NCBI RefSeq assembly: GCF_009914755.1
Contig: NC_060939.1
DNA length: 64,000 nt
Direction: 5' to 3' (one strand)
Source: the human T2T-CHM13v2.0 reference genome, Homo sapiens
Below the pieces are notes generated by a model. The model did not search any database. It was not told the DNA's origin and saw only the letters and a list, made by a program, of their open reading frames with translations. The position numbers were made by a program, and so were the translations under genes. Of the stretch, positions 26,669 through 40,990 are shown in pieces (position 1 is the first letter of the stretch; every line of letters begins with the position of its first letter).

Positions 26669-29600
26669 AATCATCTGATTCTCCAAGGTCAAAATGAAAG
26701 AAAAAACTGTTAAAGGCAGCTAGATAGAAAGGACAGGTCACCTGCAAAGGGAAGCCCATCAGACTTACAGCAGATGTCTCAGCAGAAAGCTAGAAGAGAT
26801 TGGGGGCCAATATTAACCATTCTTAAAGAAAAGAAATTCCAACCAAGATTTCATATCTGGCCAAACTAAGCTTCATTAGTGAAGGAGAAATAAAATCCTT
26901 TTAAGACAAGCAAATGCTGAGGGGATTTGTTACCTGGAGACTTGCCTTACAAGAGTTCCTGAAGGAAGCACTAAATATGCAAAGGAAAGATAAATACCAG
27001 CCACTACAAAAACAACTTTAAATACACTGACCAGTGACACTATAAAGCAACCACACAAACAAATCTGCATAATAACCAGCTAACATGGATCAAATCTACA
27101 CCTATCAGTATGAAACTTGAATGTAAATAGGCTAAATTCCCCAATTAAAAGGCACAAAGTGGCAAGCTGCTTAAAGAACCAGGATAGATTGGTATGCTGT
27201 CTTCAAGAGACTCATCTCACTGCAGTGACAATGACACCCATAAGCTCAAAATAAAGGGATCGAGGCAAACCTACCAAGCAAATGGAAAACAGACAAAAAG
27301 CCGACAATATATTCCTAATTTCAGACAAAACAGACTTTAAGCTAACAAAGATAAAAAAACAAAACAAAACAAAGAAGGGCATTACATAATGGTAAAGGGT
27401 TCAATTCAACAAGAAGACCTAACTATTCTAAATATATACACACCCAACACAGGAGCACCCAGATTCATAAAGCAAGTTCTTAGAAACTTTCAGAGACTTA
27501 GACTCTCACACAATGATGGTGGGAGACTTCAAAACTCCACTGACAGTATTAGACAGATCATCAAGGCAGAAAGTTAACAAAGATATTCAAGACCCGAACT
27601 CATCACTGGATCAAATGGACCTGATAGTCATCTACAGAACTCTCCACCCCAAAACAACAGAATATACATTCTTCTCATTGCCACATGTCACATACTCTAA
27701 AATCAACCACATTATTGGGCACAAAACACTCCTATGCAAATGCAAAATAGATGAAATCATAATAATCACTCTCTTGGACTACAGTAGAATAAAATTAGAG
27801 GTCAAGACTAAGAAAATCACTTAAAACTATACAATTACATGGAAATTGAATAATTTGCTTCTGAATGACTTTTGGGTAAGTAATGAAATTAAGGCAGAAA
27901 TCAAGAAGTTTTGTGAAACTAGTGAGAATAAAGATACAACATACCAGAATATCTGGGACACAGCTAGGGCAGTATTAAGAGGGAAACAGACAGCACTAAA
28001 TGTCCACATCAAAAAATTAGAAAGATCTCAATGTAACAACCTAGCATCACAACTAAAAAACTAGAGAATCAAAACAAACAAACACCAAAGCTAGCAGAAG
28101 ACAACAAATAACCAAAATCAGAGCTGAGCTGAAGGAGATTGAGACATGAAAAACATTCAAAAGATCAACAAATCCAGGAGTTGGTTTTTTGAAAAAAATT
28201 ATTAAATAGATCACTAGTTAGACTAATAAAGAAAAAAAGAGAAGATCCAAATAAACACAATTGTAATTACAAAAGGGATATTATCACTGATTCCACAAAA
28301 CTACAAATAATCATCAGAGAATGTTATGAACACCTTTATGGATACAAACTAGAAAACCCAGAAGAAGTGGATAAAATCCTGGACAAATACACTCTCCCAA
28401 GACTGAACCAGGAGGAAATTGAATCCCTGAACAGACTAAAAATAAGCTCTGAAATTGAATCAGTAATAAACAGCCTACCGACCACTAAAAGCCCAGAACC
28501 AGATGGATTAATAACCCAGTTCTACCAGACGTACAAAAAAGAGCTGGTACAATTCCTACTGAAACTATTCCAAAAAAATTGAGGAGGTGGACTCATCCCT
28601 AACTCATTCTATGAGGTCAGCATCATCCGGATACCAAAACCTGGCAGAGACACAACAAAAAAAGAAAACTTCAGGCCAACATCTTTGATGAACTTCGATA
28701 CAAAAATTCTCAACAAAATACTGGCAAACCGAATCCAATAGTACATCACAAAGCTTATCCACCATAATCAAGTAGGCTTTGTTCCTAGGATGCAAGGTTA
28801 GTTCAACACATGCAAATCAATAAATGCAATTCATCACATAACAGAAATAAAGACAAAAAACACATGATTATCTCAATAGATGCAGAAAAGACCTTTAATA
28901 AAATTCAACATCCCTTCATGTTAAAAATTCTCAATAAACTAGGTATTGAAGAAACATACCTCAAAATAATAAAAGCCATCTATGACAAACCCACAGCCAA
29001 CATCATACTGAATGGGCAAAAGCAGGAAGTATTTCCCTTGAAAACTGGCACAAGACAAAGATGCCCTCTCTCACCACTCCTATTCAACATAACATTGGAA
29101 GTCCCACCAGAGTGACAAGGCAACAGAAAAAAATAAAGGTATGAAAAATAGGAAGAGAAGAAATCAAACTACCCTATTTGCAGATGAGATAATCCTATAT
29201 CTAAAAGGCCCATAGTCTAGGCCCAAAAGCTCTTTAAGCTGATAAACAACTTCCGTAAAATCTCACTGTACATAATCAATGTTCAAAATTCACTAGCATT
29301 CCTATAGACCAACAATTGTTAAGCTGAGAGCCAAATCAGGTATACAATTTTATTCACAATAGCCAGAAAAAGAATAAAATACCTAGAATACAGCTAACCA
29401 GGGAGATGAAAGATATTTACAACAAGAATTGTAAAATGCCACTCAAAGAAATCAGAGATGACACAAACAAATGGAAAAACATTCCATGCTCATAGATAGG
29501 AAGAATCAATATTGTTAAAATGGCCATACTGCCCAAAGCAATTTATAGATTCAGTACTATTCCTATCAAATTACCAATGACATTCCTCACAGAATTAGAA

Positions 29601-31101
29601 AAAACTATTTTAAAATTCATGTGCAACCAAAAGAGAGCCCAAATAGCCAAGACAATCCTAAGCAAAAAGAACAAAGCTGGAGGCATCACGCTACCTACTT
29701 CCAACTATACTAACAGCATGGTACTGGTACAAAAATAGACATATAGATCAATGGAAGAGAATAGACAGCCCAGAAATGAAGCTATACACCTACAACCATC
29801 TGATCTTCAACCAAGATGACAAAAATAAGTAATGGAGAAAGGACTCCTTATTCAATAAATGGTGCTGGGATAACTGGCTAGCAGTATGCAGAAGACTGAA
29901 ACTGGACTCCTTCCTTATAACATACACAAAAATCAACTCAAGATAGATTAAAGACTTAAATGTAAACTCCAAAACTATAAAAACCCTGGAAGACAACATA
30001 GGCAACAGCATTCTGAAGATAGGAGTGGGCAAAGATTTGATGATGAAGACACCAAAAGCAATTGCATCAACAACAAAAATGGATGAATGGGACCTAATTA
30101 AATTAAAGAGCATCTGCACAGCACAAGAAGCAGAGTAAACAGACAACCTACAGAATGGGATAAAATATTTGCAAACCATGCCTCTGACAAAGATCTGCTA
30201 TCTAGCATCTATAAGGAACTTAAACAAAGTTACAAGAGAAAAAAAAACCCATTAAAAAGTGGGCAAAGGACATGAACAGGCACTTTTCAAAAGAAGACAT
30301 ACATGCAGCCAAAAAGCATATGAGAAAAAGCTCAACATTATTGTCATTAGAGAAATGCAAATCAAAACCACAATGAGATACCATCTCACACCAGTCAGAA
30401 TGGCTACTATTAAAAGGTCAAAAAATGGCAGGTGCTGGAGAGGTTGTGAGGAAAAATTAACACTTATACACTGTAGGTGGGAGTATACATTAGTTAAATT
30501 ATTGTGAAAAACAGTGTGGTGATTCTTCAAAGACCTAAAGACAGAAATACCATTTGACCCAGCATTCCTATTACTGGGCATATACCCAAAGGAATATAAA
30601 TCATTTTATCATAAAGACACATACACACATATGGTCATTGCAGCACTATTCACAATAGCAAAGACATGGAATCAACCTAAGTGCCCATCAATGGTAGACT
30701 GAATAAAAAAAAATGTGGTATAGATACACCATGGAATACTATGCAGCCATAAAATAGAACAAGATCATGTCCTTTGCAGGAAAATGGATGAAGCTGGAGG
30801 CCATTATCCTGAGCAAACTAACACAGGAACAGAAAACTAAATACCACATTTTCTTGCTTATAAGTGGGAGCTAAATCATTAGAATACATGGATACATAGA
30901 GGAGAACAACATACACTGGGGCCTATTAGATGGTGGAGCGTGGGAGGATAGAGAGGATCAGGTAAAATAACTAATGAGTACTAGGCTTAATACCTGGGTG
31001 ATGAAATAATCTGAACAACAAACCCCCAAGACAAAAGTTTACCTATACAACGAACTTTCACATGTACTCCTCAATTTAAAATAAAAGTTAAAAAAAGAAG
31101 A
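26669..31101 (+). mobile_element. L1PA (about PA13-like), 5'-truncated in ORF1, disrupted ORF2
   Basis: ORF track fragments of EN (GDFKTPL), RT ([29 protein letters not shown]) and the C-terminus; 3' UTR; TSD aagaaga(g/a)atgtgtat at 26653-26668 and 31102-31117. Confidence 0.97.
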
Positions 31102-31223
31102 AAGAAGAAATGTGTATTCGTGGATGTGATTTGATAGTGTAATTTACATAGAATAGTATTAACCATTTTCTTATTTTGATATGACTATTGAAAGTATGCA
31201 TATTCTTTACTATGTCTCTAGAT

Positions 31224-31447
31224 CAGTGATTTTCAAACTTCTTGGCCCTGACCTATAGTAAAAAATAATTTTATATTGCATCTCTATACATATACACACA
31301 TAATAAAAACAAAATTTCCATAAATATCTGCCTTTAATACTTGAATTATTCTATTCTATTCTTTTTCTAAAAAACACAGTCTGTTACCCACTAACTTGAT
31401 GTCATGGCTCACCAACTGGGTGGTATCATACTATTTGAAAACCACTG
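31224..31447. mobile_element. Non-autonomous hAT-Charlie DNA transposon
   Basis: TIRs cagtgattttcaaa ... tttgaaaaccactg. Confidence 0.7.
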
Positions 31448-31962
31448 CTCTGCCTTATGGATAGGACATTGACTAAACGAATTTAGTCCTGTCAGTCATT
31501 CATTTGTTACTCCAATACATTTGGCCATATTCTTCAAATTATTGAAAATAATTGTTAGTGTTTTTTTTCTTGAATAAAAAATAAGTAGCTTCATGAGACT
31601 CAATGTCATCATCCTTGATCACAAATATGTAAGCTAAATCTCTCAACTCCCAGTAAAGTACTTACCTACTTTGGGAATTAATTGAACATAAAGTAGAATA
31701 ATGTTGCCAGGGATAAACTTTGCAACCAAGTGCTTTTCAAATCACTTTTAAGAGTCTCAGATTGAAATATTTAAACAGAGGACCATATTTAAATGCACCA
31801 AGAAAAAATATATAAAGGAAACCATTACTGAATATGCTTATGAATTGAACAACTACTTCAATGATTCAATTTTTGTGTGTTTATTCAGTTTTTAAAAAAC
31901 AAGCTTTCTAAACAGAAACAAAAAAACATCTACATGCATCCAATTATATATGCCCATTTCCT

Positions 31963-33735
31963 CTCCAATAAAAGGCACAGAGTGGCAAGTTGGATAAAGC
32001 TGCAAGACCCAACTGTATGCTGCCCTCAAGACACACATCTCACATGCAATGACACCGATAGTCTCAAAGTAAAGGGATGGAGAAAAATCTACCAAGGAAA
32101 TGGAAAAGAGAAAAATGCAGGGGTTGCTATTCTAATTTCAGACAAAACAGGCTTTAAACCAACAGTGATCAAAAAAGACAAAGATGGACATTACATAATG
32201 TTAAAGAGTTCAAGTCAACAAGAATATCTAACTATTATATATATGTATGTGTGTGTGTATGTATACACAACACAGGAGTACCCAAATCCATAAAACAAGT
32301 TCTTAGAGACATTAAAAGAGACTTAGATAACCACATATTAATAATGAGAGACTTCAACACCTTATTAATAATATTAGTCAAATCATTGAGGCAGAAAACT
32401 GAAAACTGAAAAGATATTTGGGACCTGAACTCTTGACCAAATGGACGTAACAGACATATATGCAACTCTCCACTAAAAAACAACAAAATACACATTTTCT
32501 GCTATGCACATGACACACACTCAAATCCACCACCCAACTGGCCACAGAATAATTCTAAGCAAATTCAAAAAATGAAAATCATACCAACCACACTCTCAGA
32601 CCACAGAACAATAAAAATGAAATCAATACTAAGAAAATCACTCAAAACCATAAAATTACGTGGAAATTAAGCAACCTGAGTGACTTTTGTGTAAACAATA
32701 AAAGTAAGGCAGAAATCAATAAATTCTTTGAAGCTAATGATAACAAAGATACAATGTATCAGAATCTCTGGGACACAGCTAAAGCAGTTTTAGAAGGGAA
32801 GTTTATAGAGCTAAACGCCCACATCAAAAAGTTAGAAATATTCAAATTAACAACCTAACATCACACCTTGAGGAACTAGAACAAGAACAAACCAATCCCA
32901 AAGCCAGTAGAAGACAAGAAATACCAAAACAAGAGTTGAACTGAAGGAAATTGAGAGGTGAAAAGCCATACAAAAGATAAACAAATCTAGGAGTTGGTGT
33001 TTTGAAAGAATAGGTAAGATAGACCACTAGCTTGACTAATTATAAAAAGAGAGAAAAAAAATAAAAACAGGTAGTGGTGGGCTTGCTGGGAAATGGAATG
33101 CTTACACACTGCTGGTAGTTCAGCCATTGTGGAAAGCAGTCAGGCAATTTCTCAAAGAATTTATAACAAAATTACTATTTGACCCAACAATCCCATTATT
33201 GAGCATATATCCAAAGGAATATAAGTCATTCTACCACGAAGACACATGCATGCATATGTTCAATGCAGCACTACTCACAATAGCAAAGACATGGAATCAA
33301 CCTAAATGCCCATCAATGGTAGACTTGATAAAGAAAACGGGGTACATATACATAATGGAATACTACACAGTCATAAAAAAACAAGATTATGTTCTTTGCA
33401 GCAACATGGTTGGAGCTGGAGGCCATTATCCTATGTGAACTAAATACAGGAACAAAAAATGAAATACTGAATGTTCTCGCTTACAAGTGGGAGCTAAACA
33501 TTGAATACACGTGAACACAAAGAAGGGAACAGACACCGGGCCTACTTGAGGACAGAAAGTAGGAGAAGGATGAGAACTGAAAAACTACCTATTAGGTACT
33601 ATGCTTATTACCTGGGTGACAAAATAATCTGTATGCCAAACCCCCATATCATGCAATTTACCTATATAATAAACCTGCTCATGTACCCCGAACCTAAAAT
33701 AAAAGTTTAAAAAATTAAATACAATTAAAAAAGAA
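31963..33735 (+). mobile_element. L1PA15/16-like element with a large internal deletion
   Basis: EN-domain ORF (KRHRVASWIK..DTHLTC..KGWRKIYQ..AGVAILISDK), a jump near 33060 to the ORF2 C-terminus, then the 3' UTR (gaaaaactacctattaggtactatgcttattacctgggtgac). Confidence 0.93.
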
Positions 33736-34731
33736 ATGTTTTTAACATAATCATAAATTATACAGATATATAAATTATTTCCTTAAATAATTAGACAATA
33801 TATACTGTTTGACTAATGCACCCAACTTAGTTGTATCTTTATTTCACCTTTGAGTTATTCATCCTTCATAGACATAGACAAATAACTCTCAAAAGTGGCC
33901 AAAATTTGCTATATCAATTTTATGGTTTATACCCCTTAGTCCATATAGATTTTTAATTCCCATAATGTTGGGCAGTTATTTTACACTGGTTTAGTACAAG
34001 ACTACACTTTCTTTGTACTTATCCTGTTTTATTTTGATGCAGGACTTAGCCTAACCATCTAGAACAGGCTGGCTTGACAATAGCAATAGGAATCAACATT
34101 ACCTCTGCAACCTCTATGTTGTTACTCCTCTGTTCAAAATTTTTATATGGAGCAGATAACCATTTAAGCTTAAATTATTGACTCTTTTTCTCCAAATTTC
34201 TCTTATAATAACTTTCTTACAACTGTGTTCTTATCTAAGCAAGTCATTTGACCTACTGATTCTCACATACACTTTGCCTTTACCTGCTTATATGTCTTTG
34301 ATCGCAAAGTTCTCTACTATGTATCACCTTTCTCTGTGTTCAAATATTTACTGTTTCTCTGCCAACTTCCAGCACCATAAAAAAAAAAAAAAACATTTTT
34401 ACTTTGCAGTCTAAGGTGGTTGCTCCCATCTCTTAAGTACCTATTATCTGTACAACTTGCCAGTTAAGGGCAATGTGAAATGGTATAGTGTGTGTCTTTC
34501 TTGTATTTTAAGTGACTGTTAACTTCTACATATGTTGGTATTTGTATAAATCATTAGCCCCACTACATCATTTATTGTTTGCTATATTCCACAAAAACTT
34601 ATTGAGTGCCTGCTATGTATCAGATATTGTGCTAGAAATTAGTTTGCAGGTGGACATTAGTATTTTACATATATTGTGAAATATGAAGTGATATGACAGT
34701 CTGGGGTTTGTTCTTATTTTTCCTAGAAGAC

Positions 34732-35117
34732 TGTGTCAGAGAATATTAGTATGCCAGAAAAATTCATGCACTCCTCAATATTTCACAGATCCCATGCATC
34801 TGGGTGGGGTGTGACTAATTCTCACTAATAGAATATGAGCAGAAATACTGCATCACTTTGGGTGGAGGCAGGAGAGAGTAAGAGAGACATTAAATCTCTA
34901 TATGGCTGGAAATGAAAAGCTTTGGGTTGACAGAGTTTTAAGCTGGAAGAAGCCTGAGTCTCTGGGGTCCTCACTTGGAGAGGCCAGCACAGAGAGGCCA
35001 AGATACCTGCATCAGATTGTGACATGAGTGAGAAATACAGCTTCACTGTGTCAAGGCTCTGAGATTTGGGGGTTTATTTGTTACTGATGCATAGCTTATT
35101 CCATCATGATTATTACA
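34732..35117 (+). mobile_element. MaLR LTR (MLT1I/J-like)
   Basis: gtgactaattctcactaatagaatatgagcagaa...agcctgagtctctg...catgagtgagaaatacagcttc...ctgagatttgggggtttatttgttact...attaca. Confidence 0.8.
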
Positions 35118-35189
35118 GAGTAATGATTTTATTTGTGTATGTTGATGAGATCATTAAAGATGTTCGAATGATGTGAACTCTGACTCAAT

Positions 35190-35300
35190 TATCAGATCCT
35201 TGAGAGTAGAGACTTTGCATTCATGTATAGCCTTCTCAGTGTCCAGGCCAGTGCTAGGATTATAGTAGGCTCTCAGCAGATATTTGTTGAATGGATAAGT
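35190..35300 (+). mobile_element. L2 3' terminus
   Basis: ccttgagagtagagac...cagtgctagg...tagtaggctctcagcagatatttgttgaatggat. Confidence 0.7.
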
Positions 35301-35969
35301 TAACAAACTAGGGTTAGCTAAAAGAAGAAATCATTAGGGTACAACCAGAGGAAATAACATGTGACAAAATCCAAAAGAATCTTAAGATACAAATCTGGAG
35401 TCAGAAACAGAATTTAGCAATGAGAAAGAGATTAAGGTTTAACAAATGTAAATGTCTATTGAGCCAGCAGAGTTTCTACATTTCAGGTTCCCTTATGAGT
35501 AAACTGACTTCTGTGATTTATTAAGATCAGGAGATAGGTGTGGGCTAATAAGAAAATTCTGTAAGTCCTTTAAACACCTCAGTAGTTACTCTCTGAACTG
35601 TCCATTGAAGAATGAACAGGAGTTTCAGCTTCTCAGTCAAAGCTCATTGGGAAACTCCCGTCTGGCTGATATTTCCTGGCTCTAAGGGAATCTTCTCCAT
35701 AGAATTGATAGAAAAATAATCTCTACTTTTTCAATAGGGAGAATGCTTCCCTTACTTATACTTGGTTTATTATTATCCTAATTATTATTGCCTTCCATAG
35801 TCTGTCATGTGACATGGGCCAATTCTTTTTGTTTGCTCTAGGGTAAACCGGGATTCCAGATCCTGGGTGGAGGTTGGAAATTGTGGCTGAATATCCAGCT
35901 ATGGCACCAGACTGGGGAATATATGAATACATAAATTAACTGGTTTCATTTTAAGAAGGTAAAAATGAG

Positions 35970-36011
35970 AGGAGGTTTCTAAATCTATGTAGATTTAGAC
36001 AGAAACCTCCT
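35970..36011. repeat. 42-bp quasi-palindrome
   Basis: aggaggtttctaaatcta-tg-tagatttaga(caga)aacctcct. Confidence 0.9.
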
Positions 36012-36354
36012 GTCTTTGCCTTTGTGCTCTTAATTAATCTTGATATTATCAGGCAGAATAATTAAGGATAGTACAGTGACATAACAGAATAGGCATATAT
36101 AATGTCTATATAGGCATTTATAATGTCCTAGTATATACATAGATCATCCAGAAAATTAAAGACAGAAAATCTTTGAGTAAAAATTGACTACAAGAGGAAT
36201 TTATTATTGAGAGATATACTTCTTGTATAAGTATGAATAAACCAGACACAAAAATGTATCAGAGGTGAGAAAGCAAATCCAGCCTCAAAACAATTTCATC
36301 CTCTGCTATTTGCATAGTCGATTTACTACAAAATGTTATTTGTTTTAACTTTTT

Positions 36355-36530
36355 CAGCAACCTCAGTGAGACAGAGAGGTGGATTTTATTGTCTTTAGGT
36401 TACAGGTGAGGAAACTTCACCCCAAAGGTATGATATTGCTTGCTCAGCGCCCCTCATCTCCTCTGTGGTCAGGCTGGCTGGAGCTCAGTTCTGCTGACTC
36501 TTAGTCTGGGGCTCTTTCAACTCTATCACA
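36355..36530 (-). mobile_element. MIR
   Basis: gcaacctcagtgag...ttacaggtgaggaaact...ctgactcttagtctggggctctttcaactctatcaca. Confidence 0.75.
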
Positions 36531-37452
36531 TTTTAAGAGGTATAACGATTGTTACTCTAAAGCCAGGCATTGATATGACAGCTCAGTGCAGGGGAGGGGC
36601 GGGGGAAGCAGCAGACTTTGCCACTGAGTTCACCGATAGCTTGAGATGCCCTAATATCTCATTCAGGGCCAAGCACACTTGAGACACAAAGAAGCACGGC
36701 TCGACTCCATCCATTTGATTTCTTTGGGCACAGCCCTCTCAGACAATCAGGTACAGCACCCTCCCTTGCATAGTTGATGGCCTTTCCTGACGGCTATCAA
36801 ACATATCTGCTGAGACTGCACTAAATAAAATGGCTGTCACCAAGCCATCTGGTGCATTTGTGCTTTTTCCCCCCTCTAAGATGCAAGTTTTCAGTTTGCA
36901 CAGCACTTCAAATTCTTAATACACTTGACTAAGTCATTAATATTTCACTTTCATTACCATGTATTAATAACATGAGAATTTAGAATGATCTTGTTCATCT
37001 AACTCCTGGAAAACAAATAATTACATTCGTGCATATTGATTGTCAGATAACTAAAGATGTTTAGCCTGGGGCCGTGAGAAATCCACCAGCAGGCCCAGTT
37101 TTGGTTCTTAGCCATGTTCAAAGTATATCAAGCTGATGTCTATGAAACACCAGAGACAGCAGTAGCGTAGTTCTGGGAGTTAGAAGGGGCGGCCTTAAAT
37201 GGACCCCATACAGGTCTCCATAATTGTTTAGCATGAGGTTTCTTCAGAAGAGAGTTGAAAGTCCTGAAGGATGCCCAAGGGAGAGACTAAGAATATGAAA
37301 CTTTGTTCTCTGATGTTTGGTCTAGTTTTATTTTGTAGTAGGTGGCGCTGGAGGCTTCTTATCTTCCCTTTCCTCCTCTTCATCTTGATTAAGGATGGTA
37401 GATTCTAATGGTGGAAAGTGCCGTAGACACTGTTCAATGAGTCAACATTTGC

Positions 37453-37483
<31 letters not shown>

Positions 37484-37484
37484 G

Positions 37485-38100
37485 TAAGTATGTGTCTACC
37501 AAAAGCTTGTTGCTAAGCTAGGTCATTAGCAATTTAGCATGGACAGAACAGTGTTGTTTTCTCCTTACTAGTGGGAGAGACAGACAATATGCAAGTGAGC
37601 AAATTGATAAACAAGGAGGCTGTTCTGATATGCACGGGTAAGGAGAGAGAGCACTTCTTTAGATGGGGGTCAAGAAAGTCTATTCCAAGAGAGGAAGTTT
37701 GGGTTAAAAAGAAGGAAGAGAAGACAGGTGTATGACGAACTAGGGCAAGTGCATAATGGACATAAGGAATGGCTGTGCAAAGACCACAAGGCAGAACAGT
37801 GCTTAGCTGGCTCTAGAAACTGAAAGAAGTTCAGAGGGATAGAGAAAAAGGGAAAATGGCATGAGATAAGATTCAAGAAATAGTCAAGGGCCAGATTACA
37901 TAAGCCTTTGTAGGCCATGATCAGAGGTCTGGATTTTTTTCTAAGTGCTGTGGGCATGCATTGAAACCTTGAGGAGGGTACCACAAGGGTGTAACATTAG
38001 GGGCTGAGAGAAAGGTAGGAATCTAGTTTCTGGCTTTAGACACTTGGTGGGTGGTGATACTGACCTCTAAGTCAAGGAGGGGTTGGGAAGGGAGAAGACA
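37485..38100 (-). mobile_element. L2
   Basis: ctagtgggagagacagacaat...ggggtcaagaaagtc...gggccagattacataagcctttgtaggccatg...ggattttttt; preceded by T24 at 37453-37476. Confidence 0.75.
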
Positions 38101-38174
38101 GGCAAGAAGAGAGATTAGATAAGAGTGATCAGATAGGAGAGGAAGTTTAAATCTAGTTGTCTTAAGTAGAGTGA

Positions 38175-38522
<348 letters not shown>

Positions 38523-40534
38523 ATCCTACAATTGTTAATTGTGTCTCCTTTTACTCTCAAAAACATATCAGTATCTGGACATATTAACTAACTACATTTC
38601 TCCAGTTCTTCTCCTGGCTTTATAATGTCCTTGGCATAGGGAAGAGAACTGTTGCATACAAGCAGTTTGCTTTTCCTGCCATTTTCTGGCCACTTCGCTC
38701 TTTGCAGAGTGGGATGTTGGTGGTTCAGTCCACAAGAGGTGTGTTTCCCTCTCCTGCTAACTGATGCTCCTCACCATTGCTCACTCCCTGTTACTATAGT
38801 AACTCCCTATTAAGTTACAAAGTTTCTTTCAAATATCAGTTGGCACCTGCTTCCCTGGGGAAAAGCTCACTACTCTAACCTAGGAAACTTTCTTTCTCAA
38901 CCCATCCTTTTCTAGGAGATACAGAGAGAGTTTGTGGACAGCAGCTGTGGTTTAGGTGGAGAAACCTCCACAAAACTGATGATAGCTGAGGTTTTTCAGG
39001 ACTCCTGTGCTCTTGGACACACAACCTCAAACATGGACTTTGTGCCAAGATTATTCTCCTTGAATCTCTAAAGCAAGGCAGGTGCAACAACTATTATTGC
39101 CCTTTCTTAGTCTCTTGAGATCTTGCCCCCTCAAACCAGAGGTATCAAAATTTAAACTCAGGATTTACCAGCCAAATCAGTCTTAAATAGGGGTGACATT
39201 TTTTTTATGCTCAAGACTTCATCTTCCTCCAGTTCTCTTTTGTTTGTTTCATGCTTTTCCTTTATAGATTCCCTAAGCTTTAAAAATACCGAGCAATTCG
39301 TACTACTGTAGATCACATGCTCTTACGTTAGGCCTTTGCACATGGAGTTCTTTCAGCTTGTAGCCCAGTAACCTTCATCTGCCTGACCAATGGCTATTCA
39401 ACTTTCAAGGTTAAGTGCATTGTTTTCAGTGAAATCTACATCTCATTATCATAACATCTGCATTGCCGAGATTGGGCGCAGGAGCAAAGAAGGAAAATAA
39501 AGCACCTGGATCTATTGGATTAGGTGGTGGTGATATAGTGGAGACAGGACCATTAAGCTTTATCCCTTGACTATGGGGGCAGAAAAAGCACAGCTTCAGG
39601 CATTTGGGTATGTGACATCTCTCTTTCTCAGGATTCACACAAGCACCTTCCACTCCTTCTACAAAGCCCCACTAGATCCCCAAACCTTATTTGGACTTGA
39701 AGATCATAGCCTTTTCTCTTTCCCCTAAATATGTGAAACTAGCAGAGGACGCTTCATGAAAAAAGCTGGCTTAGAAGGGAAGAGAACACTCTTTTTAATA
39801 AGCAGATGGTCTCTATAGATGAGGGAGTGTTAACATTAAAAACATATGCTTGGTACCAAGGAGGGAGAAACACAAAAGAGGATCGCGATGCACATGGTCT
39901 CTGTAAACAAGTAGTCTTTGTGGAAGTTCCCCATGTGAGGGAAACAGCTTTACAGGGTGGTATGAAGAAACTTGCCTGAATAATTCTGACTTCATCTGCA
40001 AGACTGTTTACCTGACATGAATTATAATAGCACATTACCAAGAAATGACATCTGCAGAGATGATAGCTAATTGAGCTTGTGTTTATTTGTTTGGTTTTGT
40101 TTTACCAATTCATTGATGAAATAAAAGCATTAGAAAATAGTCACCATGATCATGCACTCAATCTTTGTGTTTGTAGCAGAGAAATAAAACTGACTTTGTG
40201 TCAGCATTTGGTATCTGCTATGTAAATATATAACATTTATAGAAGAAAACAGAAATAGGTATAAAGAAAGTCCATACCTATTACTCCAGTGATGCAATTT
40301 CTAATGTGCTACTTTGATTTTAGAGCAGAAATCTCTATCAAAAATGGAGAGAAGTGAGTAGACAACAAAACATACCCATGTCAAGAATATTTAGTTGCTT
40401 ATGGATTAAATTTAGCCTGAATGGAAATTGATATAGAGGCATAACTTGTATTTTGAGATTAATCTATTTTCCCTTTTTTTTACATTAAAAGAAAAACATT
40501 TCTAGTGATGAGAAAGATGAACTGAACTAAATCT

Positions 40535-40670
40535 ATAGTATAATGAAATGAGCACTGGGTAAGGAGTTAATAGATCTGGGTTCTGCCCCTAACTAGCTAG
40601 GTGACCTTGGTTAAGGTCATTTTATTACCATTGGCTTCATTTCTTTGATTATAAAAAACAAGTTAATATA
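40535..40670 (+). mobile_element. MIR
   Basis: agcactgggtaaggagttaatagatctgggttctgcccctaactagctaggtgaccttgg. Confidence 0.7.
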
Positions 40671-40673
40671 AGT

Positions 40674-40990
40674 CAAGGATCACAAACTCAAATTTCTATG
40701 TGGCCCTGGCTGGTGTCATACATGAGTAAATCTGCCTGGGGGTAAGGCTGTAGAGGGTGGTAGGGCTTGTGATTAAATGGAGAGAGCATGCCTCCTTTAA
40801 ATGGGCAGCTGCTGCCAAGCAGCAGCCAAATGTTGCTATGAGAGTTATGGAGGAACATGTTTCCAGAGCTTCTAATTTTTCAGTTTTTTAAGGTAGAAAT
40901 CCTGATTTTGTGCAAAGTAGCTCAGTGTTCAAAGTGAGCAATTCATTTAAATAAAAAAAAGAGAGAAAAAAAATAATGTAAGGGTCAAAT
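40674..40990. mobile_element. hAT-Charlie element (MER102-like)
   Basis: caaggatcacaaactcaaat...ggagagagcatgcc...tgttgctatg...ttccagagcttctaatttttc...agaaatcctgatttt. Confidence 0.6.

Noticed and set aside
27389-30581. ORFs with endonuclease and reverse-transcriptase motifs
   Set aside because: Fragments of a disrupted L1 ORF2. The element is 5'-truncated and inactive, so this is not a novel RT system.
36090-36130. Short tandem duplications (also 7704-7728, 20933-20955, 48453-48493)
   Set aside because: Ordinary two- or three-copy slippage duplications with no further structure.
37335-37352. CTCF-like motif gtagtaggtggcgctg
   Set aside because: It lacks the conserved CC at the 5' core; not supportable without ChIP data.
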